A DNA stretch of 28,103 bases. Origin: a virus (Duplodnaviria > Heunggongvirae > Uroviricota > Caudoviricetes). The stretch lies in IMG/VR virus record IMGVR_UViG_2529292905_000015; one strand, written 5' to 3'. Made by a program: the position numbers and the translations under genes. Position 1 is the stretch's first letter; every line of letters starts with the position of its first letter. The notes under the pieces were generated by a model that had not been told where the DNA came from, ran no database searches, and worked only from the letters and a program-made list of their open reading frames with translations. Of the stretch, positions 8,329 through 17,244 are shown one piece after another.

Positions 8329-8380
8329 ATAATAAAAAAGAGCCAGCGCAGAAGAGAACGGGTAAAAGAGTCTGCGCTGG
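8329..8380 (-). terminator. Minus-strand terminator-like element: perfect 10-bp inverted repeat (CCAGCGCAGA / TCTGCGCTGG) with an 18-nt loop, followed on the minus strand by CTCTTTTTTATT
   Basis: Read directly; the U-rich tail exists only on the minus strand; a consensus-like minus-strand promoter lies about 55-110 bp upstream of it (see findings). Confidence 0.5.
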
Positions 8381-8560
8381 CGTGGGGATATTCCCCGTGG
8401 AGAAATGATATGTAACACACATCGGGAACCTTTCTATATAAACATTATCATTATTGTCAATCATAACAGTCAGGTATTATGACGTTTATGCATCAGGGCC
8501 ATCAGGAATTAACTGGTGGCTTTTTATTGTTGTCAGCTTCCGGATAACGGGAGACGGGGT

Positions 8561-8776
8561 ATGTACCAGATGGAAAAAATAACAACAGGTGTGTCATACA
8601 CCACGTCAGCGGTGGGGACGGGATACTGGCTACTGCAGTTGCTGGACAAAGTCTCCCCATCCCAGTGGGTGGCAATAGGCGTATTGGGTAGCTTGGTGTT
8701 TGGCTTGCTGACGTATCTGACAAACCTTTATTTCAAGATTAAAGAAGATAAGCGTAAGGCTGCGAGAGGTGAATAA
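8561..8776 (+). CDS. S: Class II holin, phage 21 S-type pinholin, with a dual-start motif (MYQMEK)
   Basis: [66 protein letters not shown] closely resembles remembered S21; two transmembrane segments; stop overlaps the endolysin start. Confidence 0.85.
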   Translation: MYQMEKITTGVSYTTSAVGTGYWLLQLLDKVSPSQWVAIGVLGSLVFGLLTYLTNLYFKIKEDKRKAARGE

Positions 8777-9273
8777 TGTCGCCATCATTACGCAAGGCTG
8801 TTGCTGCTGCTATTGGTGGTGGGGCTGTTGCCATAGCGTCTGTGCTCATCACTGGTCCGAGTGGTGACGATGGCCTGGAAGGTGTCAGCTACATACCATA
8901 CGAAGATATCGTTGGCGTATGGACTGTATGTCACGGACACACCGGAAAAGACATCATGCCCGGTAAAACGTATACCGAAGCAGAATGCAAAGCCCTCCTG
9001 AATAAAGACCTTGCCACGGTCGCCAGACAAATTAACCCGTACATCAAAGTCGATATACCGGAAACAACGCGCGGCGCTCTTTACTCGTTCGTTTACAACG
9101 TGGGCGCTGGTAATTTCAGAACATCGACGCTTCTTCGCAAAATAAACCAGGGTGATATCAAAGGCGCATGTGATCAGCTACGGCGCTGGACATACGCTGG
9201 CGGTAAGCAATGGAAAGGGCTGATGACTCGCCGCGAGATTGAGCGTGAAGTCTGTTTGTGGGGGCAACAATGA
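8776..9273 (+). CDS. R: SAR (signal-anchor-release) endolysin, lysozyme-type, phage 21 R-like
   Basis: N-terminal Gly/Ala-rich weakly hydrophobic segment ([20 protein letters not shown]) followed by a lysozyme-like domain; immediately follows the pinholin. Confidence 0.85.
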   Translation: MSPSLRKAVAAAIGGGAVAIASVLITGPSGDDGLEGVSYIPYEDIVGVWTVCHGHTGKDIMPGKTYTEAECKALLNKDLATVARQINPYIKVDIPETTRGALYSFVYNVGAGNFRTSTLLRKINQGDIKGACDQLRRWTYAGGKQWKGLMTRREIEREVCLWGQQ

Positions 9274-9737
9274 GCAGAGTAACCGCGATTATCTCCGCTC
9301 TGGTTATCTGCATCATCGTCTGCCTGTCATGGGCGGTTAATCATTACCGTGATAACGCCATCGCCTATAAAGAACAGCGTGATAAAAAAGTCAGTGAGCT
9401 GAAGCAGGCGACCGCCACCATTACTGACATGCAGCAGCGCCAGCGTGCTGCTGATGCACTCGATGCTAAATACACGAAGGAGTTAGCTGATGCGAAAGCT
9501 AAAAATGATGCTCTTCGGCGCAAGCTTGATAATGGTGGTCGGGTGTTCGTCAAAGGAAAATGCCCTGTGCCATCCTCAGACGAAACCTCCAGCGCCTCCG
9601 GCATGGGCAATGATGCCACCGTCGAACTCTCTCCAGTTGCTGGACGAAACGTTCTCGGTATCCGGGACGGAATTATCCGCGACCAAACAGCACTGAGAAC
9701 GCTTCAGGAATACATCAGGACGCAATGCCTTCGATGA
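9270..9737 (+). CDS. Rz: Rz i-spanin (inner-membrane spanin subunit)
   Basis: N-terminal transmembrane segment ([20 protein letters not shown]) then a coiled-coil-like charged periplasmic domain; ATGA overlap with the endolysin stop; contains the embedded Rz1 frame. Confidence 0.8.
   Translation: MSRVTAIISALVICIIVCLSWAVNHYRDNAIAYKEQRDKKVSELKQATATITDMQQRQRAADALDAKYTKELADAKAKNDALRRKLDNGGRVFVKGKCPVPSSDETSSASGMGNDATVELSPVAGRNVLGIRDGIIRDQTALRTLQEYIRTQCLR
9490..9696 (+). CDS. Rz1: Rz1 o-spanin (outer-membrane lipoprotein), embedded in the +1 frame of Rz
   Basis: Lipobox ...IMVVGCSS and a proline-rich mature region ([13 protein letters not shown]); N-terminus MRKLKMML resembles lambda Rz1; lies entirely within Rz. 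Confidence 0.75.
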   Translation: MRKLKMMLFGASLIMVVGCSSKENALCHPQTKPPAPPAWAMMPPSNSLQLLDETFSVSGTELSATKQH

Positions 9738-9910
9738 TAGCGATAATTTTACTCATCATCCTTCACATCTGGCTCTGTAGACAGGGTGGTGCTCACTTCT
9801 GGAGTGAATCATGGTTAAACATCTCATTGCTGATGCTTGATATTGAGCATCTGGCGCGCGGTAAGGGGCTGCGTTGAGATAAGAGCCAGTCATTAAAAAT
9901 ACCTGGATTT

Positions 9911-9936
9911 AGCCTCGCATTCGCGGGGCTTTTTTA
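9911..9936 (+). terminator. Intrinsic terminator-like hairpin AGCCUCGC-AUUC-GCGGGGCU followed by T5
   Basis: Read directly, about 170 bp downstream of Rz. Confidence 0.5.
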
Positions 9937-10354
9937 TTGCCATTACAAAAGCCACTCCCTACAGAGTGGCTTTGATAATGGCTTATACCCTACACGGGAT
10001 AACTTAACTGATATCCCTTTTAACGGATAAAGGTATTCAAGCCTGACACATCATGCGCTGTATCGTCGCTGTATTCCCGCATTAACCATGACCGTAGCCC
10101 GACGGGGAACTCCTTCTGCGCGAGTGTGCGGGAATAATCAAAAACGATGCACACCGGGTTTTTACCGCGCTAATGATTCGCGGGTTTGTCCCTCATGCTC
10201 GCCAGTCCTGTGCGGGGGTGGAAGAAACAGGACACTCACACAGATTCTTGTGGGTCGATGCTATTCCTTTCTGGATTATCCCGATGCCATTCATGCAAAG
10301 GCTGTATCAGACGTTCGTCATGGCTTTCAGGCTGACGGCTCCTCCCGGTGGGGT

Positions 10355-10551
10355 GGCCTGCCACGGGGCGGGAGCGTCGCGGAAAAAGGCTAGTTTTTGC
10401 ATTTTTATCGGCCACCATCATCTTTGCATCTTATTGATTATTAATGGTTATTTGTTTTTTGTATGTCGAATTGAGTGTTTTTTGTTCGACATCGAACGCG
10501 TTTTCTTAAAGTTGTTCGCACGATGCATGTTTAAAGCTCTCCGGAGGAAAT
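10355..10551. other. Probable cos region (cosN-like GGGGCGGGAGCGTCGCGG at 10365-10382, then an AT-rich cosB-like segment with short palindromes)
   Basis: GC-rich motif resembling the remembered lambda left end GGGCGGCGACCTCGCGGG; it lies about 187 bp upstream of the terminase small subunit start (lambda cosN to Nu1 is about 190 bp); downstream palindromes TGTCGAA...TTCGACA and TTCGACATCGAA. Confidence 0.45.
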
Positions 10552-11043
10552 ATGGATCATGAGTTGAAAAACCTGGTGCTGAATATTAATCAACTGGCGG
10601 CTTTATCTGGTCTGCACCGCCAGACTGTCGTGGCAAGACTGAAAAACATTCGTCCCGCTGGTGGACATGACAAACTCAAGCTATACCGGTTGACCGATAT
10701 TCTGACTGAATTTATGGGGTTACCACCGCCGGTTGCTGAGGGCGAAATGGATCCACATGAACGCAAAGCCTGGTATCAGTCTGAACGTGAGCGTCTTAAG
10801 TTCGAACAGGAAACGGCACAACTCATTCCGGCCAGTGATGTCAGACGGGAGTTTGCCATCTGGGCAAAAGCGGTCGTGCAGGTGCTGGAGACATTACCGG
10901 ATATTCTGGAACGTGACTGTGGTCTGCAGCCTGCCGCTGTGAGCCGTGTTCAGTCCATTATTGATGATCTGCGCGATCAGATAGCCCTGCGGGTGACCGA
11001 AGCAGGTGCGGATGATGAGGAGGAATTACAGCAGGAGGAGTAA
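10552..11043 (+). CDS. Terminase small subunit (Nu1-like function)
   Basis: 163 aa with a predicted N-terminal helix-turn-helix (LNINQLAALSGLHRQTVVARLKN) and an acidic C-terminus; GGAGGAAA Shine-Dalgarno; TAATG overlap with the large subunit; positioned directly after cos. Confidence 0.7.
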   Translation: MDHELKNLVLNINQLAALSGLHRQTVVARLKNIRPAGGHDKLKLYRLTDILTEFMGLPPPVAEGEMDPHERKAWYQSERERLKFEQETAQLIPASDVRREFAIWAKAVVQVLETLPDILERDCGLQPAAVSRVQSIIDDLRDQIALRVTEAGADDEEELQQEE

Positions 11044-13145
11044 TGCTGAATCAGGAAACCGCAAAGGCAGCACGAACCGATTCAGGTTATATCCTTCGCG
11101 CACCGAGACGAATGCGGGTTGCTGATGCCGTTGCTCAGTATATGCGGGTGCCCATGGGGGCCGGGAACTCAGTCCCGTGGGATCCGCTGGTGGCACCGTA
11201 TGTTATTGAGCCGATGAACTGCCTGGCCTCGCGTGAATACGACGCAGTGATATTTGTTGGCCCGGCACGAACCGGCAAGACTATCGGCCTGATTGACGGC
11301 TGGGTGATTTACAACGTGATTTGCGATCCTGCGGATATGCTGATCATTCAGATGACGGAGGAAAAAGCCCGCGAACACTCCAAAAAACGACTCGCCAGAA
11401 CGTTTCGCGTCAGCCCGGAAGTGGTCAGTCGCCTGAGTCCGAACAAAAATGACAACAACGTTTATGACAGAACATTCCTTGCTGGCAACTACCTGAAAAT
11501 CGGCTGGCCGTCAGTCAATATCATGTCCTCATCAGATTATAAATGCGTGGCGCTGACGGATTATGACCGTTTTCCGGAAGATATTGATGGCGAGGGGGAT
11601 GCCTTCTCTCTTGCCTCAAAACGTACCACCACATTTATGTCCAGTGGTATGACGCTGGTGGAGAGTTCCCCCGGCAGGGATGTGAAGGATGTGAAATGGC
11701 GACGGACTTCACCGCATGAGGCTCCACCAACCACGGGGATACTGTCGCTCTATAACCGTGGCGATCGCCGTCGCCGGTACTGGCCCTGTCCACACTGTGG
11801 TGAGTATTTTCAGCCCTGCGGCGATGTGGTTGCTGGTTTCCGTGATATTGCCGATCCCGTGCTGGCAAGTGAGGCGGCTTATATTCAGTGTCCTTCCTGT
11901 TCAGGACGGATTATGCCTGAACAAAAACGTGAGCTGAACGGACGTGGGGTCTGGTTGCGGGATGGTGAATCCATCAATGCGGATGGTAGTCGTTATGGTG
12001 ATCCCCGACGCTCACGTATTGCGTCATTCTGGATGGAGGGTCCGGCAGCTGCTTACCAGACACTCTCGCAACTCGTTTACAAACTGCTTACTGCAGAACA
12101 GGAATACGAGACAACCGGAAGTGAAGAAACACTCAAGACGGTTATCAATACCGACTGGGGATTACCTTATCTTCCCCGCGCCAGCATGGAGCAACGAAAA
12201 AGTGAACTGCTTGAGCAGCGGGCAGAGCCAGTTCCTTCCAGCAGTGTGCCGGATGGCGTTAATTTCCTTGTGGCGACAGTGGATGTGCAGGCGGGACGTC
12301 ATCGCCGTTTTGTGGTTCAGGTAACGGGCTATGGCAGCCGTGGCGAACGCTGGATTATTGATCGTTACAACATCACGCAGTCATTGCGCGGTGACAGCGA
12401 CGGTGAGAGCCAGCGAATTGATCCGGCCAGCTATCCGGAAGACTGGGATGTCCTGCTGACGGATGTTTTTCATAAAAGCTGGCCGCTGGCCTCCGATCCT
12501 TCTCAACAAATGCGACTGATGGCAATGGCGGTGGACTCCGGCGGTGAAGACGGGGTCACTGATAATGCCTATAAATTCTGGCGTCGTTGCCGTCGTGATG
12601 GCCTTGGTAAACGTATTTACCTGTTTAAGGGCGACAGCATCCGGCGCGCAAAACTGATCACCCGTACATTCCCTGATAACACCGGACGAACGGGCCGACG
12701 GGCGCAGGCCGCAGGTGATGTGCCGCTCTGGCTTCTTCAGACGGATGCACTGAAAGACCGGGTGAATAACGCGTTATGGCGTGACTCTCCAGGTCCCGGC
12801 TATGTGCATTTCCCTGACTGGCTGGGGAGCTGGTTTTACGACGAACTGACGTATGAAGAGCGGAGTAGTGACGGGAAATGGAGTAAGCCGGGTCGCGGTG
12901 CCAACGAAGCTTTTGACCTGATGGTGTATGCCGAGGCTCTGGTCATTCTGCATGGATACGAAAAGATCCGCTGGCCGGATGCACCGGGGTGGGCGAGCCG
13001 GGAAACCTGGCTGGAGAGTGTCCCGGACAGTACCGAACCGTCACCCTCACCGGAACCGGTATCCACGCCTGTTAAAAAACAAAAACGGAAGAAAACAGTA
13101 ACTGACGATGTTAACCCCTGGCTGACTTCCGGAGGATGGTTATGA
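11043..13145 (+). CDS. Terminase large subunit, lambda gpA family
   Basis: 700 aa; Walker A-like motif (VGPARTGKT); overall organisation resembling lambda gpA; follows the small subunit. Confidence 0.9.
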   Translation: MLNQETAKAARTDSGYILRAPRRMRVADAVAQYMRVPMGAGNSVPWDPLVAPYVIEPMNCLASREYDAVIFVGPARTGKTIGLIDGWVIYNVICDPADMLIIQMTEEKAREHSKKRLARTFRVSPEVVSRLSPNKNDNNVYDRTFLAGNYLKIGWPSVNIMSSSDYKCVALTDYDRFPEDIDGEGDAFSLASKRTTTFMSSGMTLVESSPGRDVKDVKWRRTSPHEAPPTTGILSLYNRGDRRRRYWPCPHCGEYFQPCGDVVAGFRDIADPVLASEAAYIQCPSCSGRIMPEQKRELNGRGVWLRDGESINADGSRYGDPRRSRIASFWMEGPAAAYQTLSQLVYKLLTAEQEYETTGSEETLKTVINTDWGLPYLPRASMEQRKSELLEQRAEPVPSSSVPDGVNFLVATVDVQAGRHRRFVVQVTGYGSRGERWIIDRYNITQSLRGDSDGESQRIDPASYPEDWDVLLTDVFHKSWPLASDPSQQMRLMAMAVDSGGEDGVTDNAYKFWRRCRRDGLGKRIYLFKGDSIRRAKLITRTFPDNTGRTGRRAQAAGDVPLWLLQTDALKDRVNNALWRDSPGPGYVHFPDWLGSWFYDELTYEERSSDGKWSKPGRGANEAFDLMVYAEALVILHGYEKIRWPDAPGWASRETWLESVPDSTEPSPSPEPVSTPVKKQKRKKTVTDDVNPWLTSGGWL

Positions 13146-13354
13146 ACCAGAATGATATCGAAGCCATGATTCAGCGTTATACGGAAGCTGAAATGGCGGT
13201 GCTGGACGGAAAATCCGTCACCTTTAATGGTCAGCAGATGACCATGGAAAACTTATCTGAGATCCGGCAGGGACGGCAGGAGTGGGAGCGCCGCCTTGCG
13301 GCTCTGATTACACGACGACGGGGGCATCCCGGGTACCGGCTGGCGAGGTTCTGA
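13142..13354 (+). CDS. Head-tail joining protein, gpW-like
   Basis: About 70 aa with a gpW-like pattern (…DGKSVTFNGQQMTMENLSEI…RRRGHPGY) comparable to the lambda W C-terminus RRRGPAGFYV; GGAGGA Shine-Dalgarno before ATG 13142. Confidence 0.7.
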   Translation: MNQNDIEAMIQRYTEAEMAVLDGKSVTFNGQQMTMENLSEIRQGRQEWERRLAALITRRRGHPGYRLARF

Positions 13355-14862
13355 TGGCAATTCTTGATGATGTGATTGGCGTTTTTTCACCAGGATGGAA
13401 AGCGGCAAGGCTGCGTTCCCGTGCGGTGATCCAGGCTTATGAGGCCGTAAAAACGACGCGGACACACAAAGCCCGGCGGGAAAACCGAACTGCCGGCCAG
13501 TTAAGCCAGTACGGGGCCGTGTCGTTACGTGAGCAGGCCCGTTACCTTGATAACAACCACGATCTGGTTATTGGTGTATTTGACAAGCTGGAAGAACGGG
13601 TGGTGGGGAAAAACGGGATTATTGTCGAGCCACATCCGGTATTACGCAATGGGGCCATTGCCCGTGATCTGGCAGCGGAGATACGCACCCGATGGAGTGA
13701 ATGGTCTGTCAGTCCGGAAGTCACCGGGCAGTTTACCCGTCCGATGCTGGAACGTCTGATGCTGCGTACCTGGCTGCGCGATGGTGAGGTGTTTGCCCAG
13801 ATGGTTTCCGGGCGCATAAACAGCCTGACGCCTTCTGCCGGTGTTCATTTCTGGCTGGAGGCGCTCGAGCCAGACTTTATTCCCATGACCAGTGATGAGA
13901 GCAACAGGCTGAATCAGGGCGTGTTTGTTGATGACTGGGGGCGTCCCGAAAAATATCTGGTGTATAAAAGCCGTCCCGTATCCGGACGGCAGATGGAAAC
14001 CAAAGAAGTGGATGCAGAGCGAATGCTGCATCTTAAATTTGTTCGCCGTCTGCACCAGATGCGCGGGACGTCTTTGTTGTCCGGTGTGCTGATCCGCCTC
14101 AGTGCCCTGAAAGAGTATGAGGATTCTGAGCTGACTGCAGCAAGGATCGCCGCTGCTCTGGGGATGTACATCCGGAAAGGCGATGGGCAGAGCTATGAAC
14201 CGGATGGTAATGGCAGCAAGGATAAGGAACGCGAGCTTACCATTCAGCCAGGCATTATTTACGACGATCTGAAACCCGGCGAAGAAATCGGAATGGTGAA
14301 GTCGGATCGCCCCAATCCTAACCTTGAAACTTTTCGTAATGGTCAGTTGCGTGCCGTGGCGGCGGGCAGTCGTCTGAGTTTTTCCAGTACAGCGCGCAAC
14401 TATAACGGCACTTACAGCGCCCAGCGTCAGGAGCTGGTTGAATCCACTGATGGCTACCTGATCCTGCAGGACTGGTTTATTGGTGCCGTCACCCGCCCGA
14501 TGTATCGTGCCTGGCTGAAACAGGCTGTGGCATCCGGTGTTATCAGGCTACCCCGCGATCTTGACCGTTCTTCACTGTATACCGCGGTGTATTCCGGACC
14601 GGTGATGCCGTGGATTGACCCTGTTAAGGAGGCTGAGGCCTGGAAAATTCAGATTCGTGGTGGAGCAGCGACAGAATCAGACTGGGTACGTGCAGGTGGT
14701 CGTAATCCGGATGATGTCAAACGTCGGCGCAAGGCCGAAATTGATGAAAACCGCAAGCTGGATCTGGTATTTGATACCGATCCGGCCAGTGATAAAGGAG
14801 GCAGCAGTGCCGCAACGAAACGACAGGAGCCGCAGCACACCGACGACCAGTCCGAAGAATAA
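13354..14862 (+). CDS. Portal protein (not the lambda gpB type)
   Basis: 502 aa; located between gpW and the prohead protease; ATG overlaps the W stop; size and acidic C-terminus are typical of portal proteins. The track ORF starts upstream at 13282. Confidence 0.75.
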   Translation: MAILDDVIGVFSPGWKAARLRSRAVIQAYEAVKTTRTHKARRENRTAGQLSQYGAVSLREQARYLDNNHDLVIGVFDKLEERVVGKNGIIVEPHPVLRNGAIARDLAAEIRTRWSEWSVSPEVTGQFTRPMLERLMLRTWLRDGEVFAQMVSGRINSLTPSAGVHFWLEALEPDFIPMTSDESNRLNQGVFVDDWGRPEKYLVYKSRPVSGRQMETKEVDAERMLHLKFVRRLHQMRGTSLLSGVLIRLSALKEYEDSELTAARIAAALGMYIRKGDGQSYEPDGNGSKDKERELTIQPGIIYDDLKPGEEIGMVKSDRPNPNLETFRNGQLRAVAAGSRLSFSSTARNYNGTYSAQRQELVESTDGYLILQDWFIGAVTRPMYRAWLKQAVASGVIRLPRDLDRSSLYTAVYSGPVMPWIDPVKEAEAWKIQIRGGAATESDWVRAGGRNPDDVKRRRKAEIDENRKLDLVFDTDPASDKGGSSAATKRQEPQHTDDQSEE

Positions 14863-14875
14863 TTCCTGGTTCAGG

Positions 14876-15808
14876 ATGCAGGCTGGTCACCAGAGTGACG
14901 CGGATATTTATATTTATGACGAGATTGGTTTCTGGGGTGTTACAGCGAAGCAGTTTATCAGTGATCTGAATGCACTGGGCGATATCACCCACATTAATCT
15001 CCATATCAATTCACCGGGTGGCGATGTCTTTGAAGGCATCGCCATTTTTAATGCACTGAAAACACATGGTGCGTCCATTACCGTTTATGTCGACGGTGTG
15101 GCGGCGTCAATGGCGTCGGTCATTGCGATGGTGGGAAAACCGGTCATTATGCCGGAAAACTCCTTCATGATGATTCATAAACCATTTGGCTTTACGGGCG
15201 GTGATGCGGAGGACATGCGCACCTATGCCGACCTGCTCGATAAAGTTGAGGCGGTTCTGTTACCCGCTTATGCACAGAAAACCGGGAAAGCCACCGATGA
15301 AATTGCTGCCATGCTGGCGGATGAGACCTGGATGTCCGGTGCCGAATGTCTGGCACATGGATTTGCTGATCAGGTGACGCCAGCCGTTAAGGCAATGGCA
15401 TGTATTCAGTCAAAACGTACAGAGGAATTTAAAAAGATGCCGGAATCCATTCGAAACATGATTACTCCGCCACGCAACAGTGCTCCACGCGTACAGGATG
15501 ATGGACCTGCAGCCTCCCGGACGCCAGTGCAGGCAGCAGCACCTGTGGTGGATGAAAACAGTATCCGTGCGCAGGTACTGGCAGAGCAAAAAGCGCGTGT
15601 AAACGGTATTAATGATCTGTTTGCCATGTTTGGCGGGCGTTATCAGACGCTGCAGGCTCAGTGTCTTGCCGATCCTGAATGTTCGCTGGAGCAGGCCCGC
15701 GAAAAGCTGTTGAACGAGATGGGGCGCGAGTCCACGCCATCTAATAAAAATACCCCGGCTCATATTTATGCCGGAAACGGTAATTTTGTGGGGGATGGGA
15801 TCCGCTAG
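14876..15808 (+). CDS. Prohead maturation protease, ClpP/S49-like (possibly with a C-terminal scaffold region)
   Basis: ClpP-fold-like core with GVAASMASVIAMVG and …MIHKP…; follows the portal. The track ORF begins earlier at 14615 but overlaps the portal; ATG 14876 lies just after the portal stop. Confidence 0.75.
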   Translation: MQAGHQSDADIYIYDEIGFWGVTAKQFISDLNALGDITHINLHINSPGGDVFEGIAIFNALKTHGASITVYVDGVAASMASVIAMVGKPVIMPENSFMMIHKPFGFTGGDAEDMRTYADLLDKVEAVLLPAYAQKTGKATDEIAAMLADETWMSGAECLAHGFADQVTPAVKAMACIQSKRTEEFKKMPESIRNMITPPRNSAPRVQDDGPAASRTPVQAAAPVVDENSIRAQVLAEQKARVNGINDLFAMFGGRYQTLQAQCLADPECSLEQAREKLLNEMGRESTPSNKNTPAHIYAGNGNFVGDGIR

Positions 15809-15814
15809 GCGCTG

Positions 15815-16834
15815 ATGGCGCGTGCCGGATTTGAAAAAACCGAACGTGATAATGTCTACAACGGGATGACCCTGCGTGAATATGCCCGTATGTCACTGAC
15901 TGAACGGGGTATTGGGGTTTCCAGTTATAACCCGATGCAGATGGTCGGTGCGGCGTTCACACACAGTACGTCTGACTTCGGTAATATTCTGCTGGATGTT
16001 GCGAACAAAGCCATTCTGCAGGGCTGGGAAGATGCCCCTGAAACCTATGAACAGTGGACGCGGAAAGGTCAGTTGTCTGATTTTAAAATTGCCCATCGTG
16101 TGGGTATGGGGGGCTTCAGTGCTCTGCGTCAGGTGCGTGAAGGGGCGGAATATAAATACGTCACCACCGGAGATAAACAGGCCACTATTGCACTGGCGAC
16201 CTATGGCGAGCTGTTCAGTATCACCCGTCAGGCCATTATCAATGATGATCTGAATATGCTGACCGATGTCCCGATGAAACTGGGCCGTGCGGCGAAATCC
16301 ACTATTGCCGATCTGGTTTATGCCATTCTGACGTCTAACCCGAAAATCTCCACAGATAATGTAAGTCTGTTCGATAAAGCGAAACATGCAAACGTACTGG
16401 AGAGCGCTGCAATGGACGTGGCATCGCTGGATAAAGCCCGCCAGTTGATGCGCGTTCAGAAAGAGGGGGAGCGTCATCTGAATATTCGTCCTGCGTTCGT
16501 ACTGGTACCGACGGCGATGGAGTCTGTTGCTAACCAGGTCATTCGCTCCTCAAGTGTCAAGGGGGCTGACATTAACGCCGGTATTATTAACCCGGTGAAA
16601 GATTTTGCGACCGTTATTGCAGAGCCTCGTCTTGATGATAACAGCCAGACCACCTTCTACCTGGCTGCGTCAAAAGGCTCCGATACGATTGAAGTGGCTT
16701 ATCTCAACGGTGTGGATACGCCATATATTGATCAGATGGAGGGCTTCAGTGTGGATGGCGTGACAACGAAAGTGCGTATTGACGCCGGTGTCGCGCCAGT
16801 TGATCACCGCGGTCTGGTGAAATGTACGGCGTAA
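15815..16834 (+). CDS. Major capsid protein (HK97-fold type, non-lambda gpE)
   Basis: 339 aa directly after the protease, followed by a terminator hairpin; start codon uncertain (an alternative is ATG 15866). Confidence 0.75.
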   Translation: MARAGFEKTERDNVYNGMTLREYARMSLTERGIGVSSYNPMQMVGAAFTHSTSDFGNILLDVANKAILQGWEDAPETYEQWTRKGQLSDFKIAHRVGMGGFSALRQVREGAEYKYVTTGDKQATIALATYGELFSITRQAIINDDLNMLTDVPMKLGRAAKSTIADLVYAILTSNPKISTDNVSLFDKAKHANVLESAAMDVASLDKARQLMRVQKEGERHLNIRPAFVLVPTAMESVANQVIRSSSVKGADINAGIINPVKDFATVIAEPRLDDNSQTTFYLAASKGSDTIEVAYLNGVDTPYIDQMEGFSVDGVTTKVRIDAGVAPVDHRGLVKCTA

Positions 16835-16857
16835 ACGTCGCAGACAACAACTCTGAT

Positions 16858-16877
16858 GGCCCGTAAGGGCTTTTTTT
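16858..16877 (+). terminator. Terminator-like hairpin GGCCC-GTAA-GGGCT followed by T7, downstream of the capsid gene
   Basis: Read directly from the sequence. Confidence 0.5.
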
Positions 16878-16920
16878 GTACCTGAAATCAGCCCCTGAAC
16901 GGGGCTGTGCGGAGACAGTT

Positions 16921-17244
16921 ATGGCAAAGAATTTTGTAGAAGAAGGAAAAACGGTGGCGATTGTTGCCAGTGCAGCCATCAGCAGCGGAGATCTGGTGCA
17001 GGTGGGCGATGTTTTTGCGGTGGCGCTGACCGATATTCCACAGGGTGAAACAGGCGACGGCATGACCGAAGGTGTGTTTATGCTGCCTAAGCTGAAAACG
17101 GATGACATGAAAACGGGTAAGAAGGTTTATCTGAAGTCAGGAAAAGTTCAGCTGACTAACAGCGGCTCTGATCCGCTGGTCGGGGTTGTCTGGGCAGATG
17201 CCGGAACCAGTGCAGAAGAAGTGCCGGTAAAACTCAATGTCTGA
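16921..17244 (+). CDS. Small head protein, possibly a head decoration/cement protein (DUF2190-like)
   Basis: 107 aa immediately after the major capsid gene; assignment is from position and a vague family resemblance only. Confidence 0.5.
   Translation: MAKNFVEEGKTVAIVASAAISSGDLVQVGDVFAVALTDIPQGETGDGMTEGVFMLPKLKTDDMKTGKKVYLKSGKVQLTNSGSDPLVGVVWADAGTSAEEVPVKLNV

Noticed and set aside
7823-8464. Minus-strand ORFs of 68, 132 and 72 aa and the plus-strand 64-aa ORF at 7996-8190
   Set aside because: They run through terminator hairpins, begin on non-ATG codons or lack ribosome-binding sites, and one ends in a His run that is just the reverse complement of ATGGTGATGATGG; the region is better described by the promoter and terminator elements reported.
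10088-10562. Three overlapping ORFs (101 and 129 aa plus strand; 61 aa minus strand) upstream of the terminase
   Set aside because: Low-complexity Gly/Arg/Pro/Cys-rich translations, mutually overlapping, no Shine-Dalgarno; the region is better explained as the cos site and its flanking non-coding DNA.
11169-12324. Several 69-126-aa ORFs inside the large terminase gene, both strands
   Set aside because: Internal to a 700-aa ORF with clear terminase features; alternative-frame artefacts.
15893-16477. 194-aa minus-strand ORF and the 113-aa plus-strand ORF at 15912-16253
   Set aside because: Both lie within the major capsid gene in other frames or strands; the capsid frame is the one that fits the operon context.
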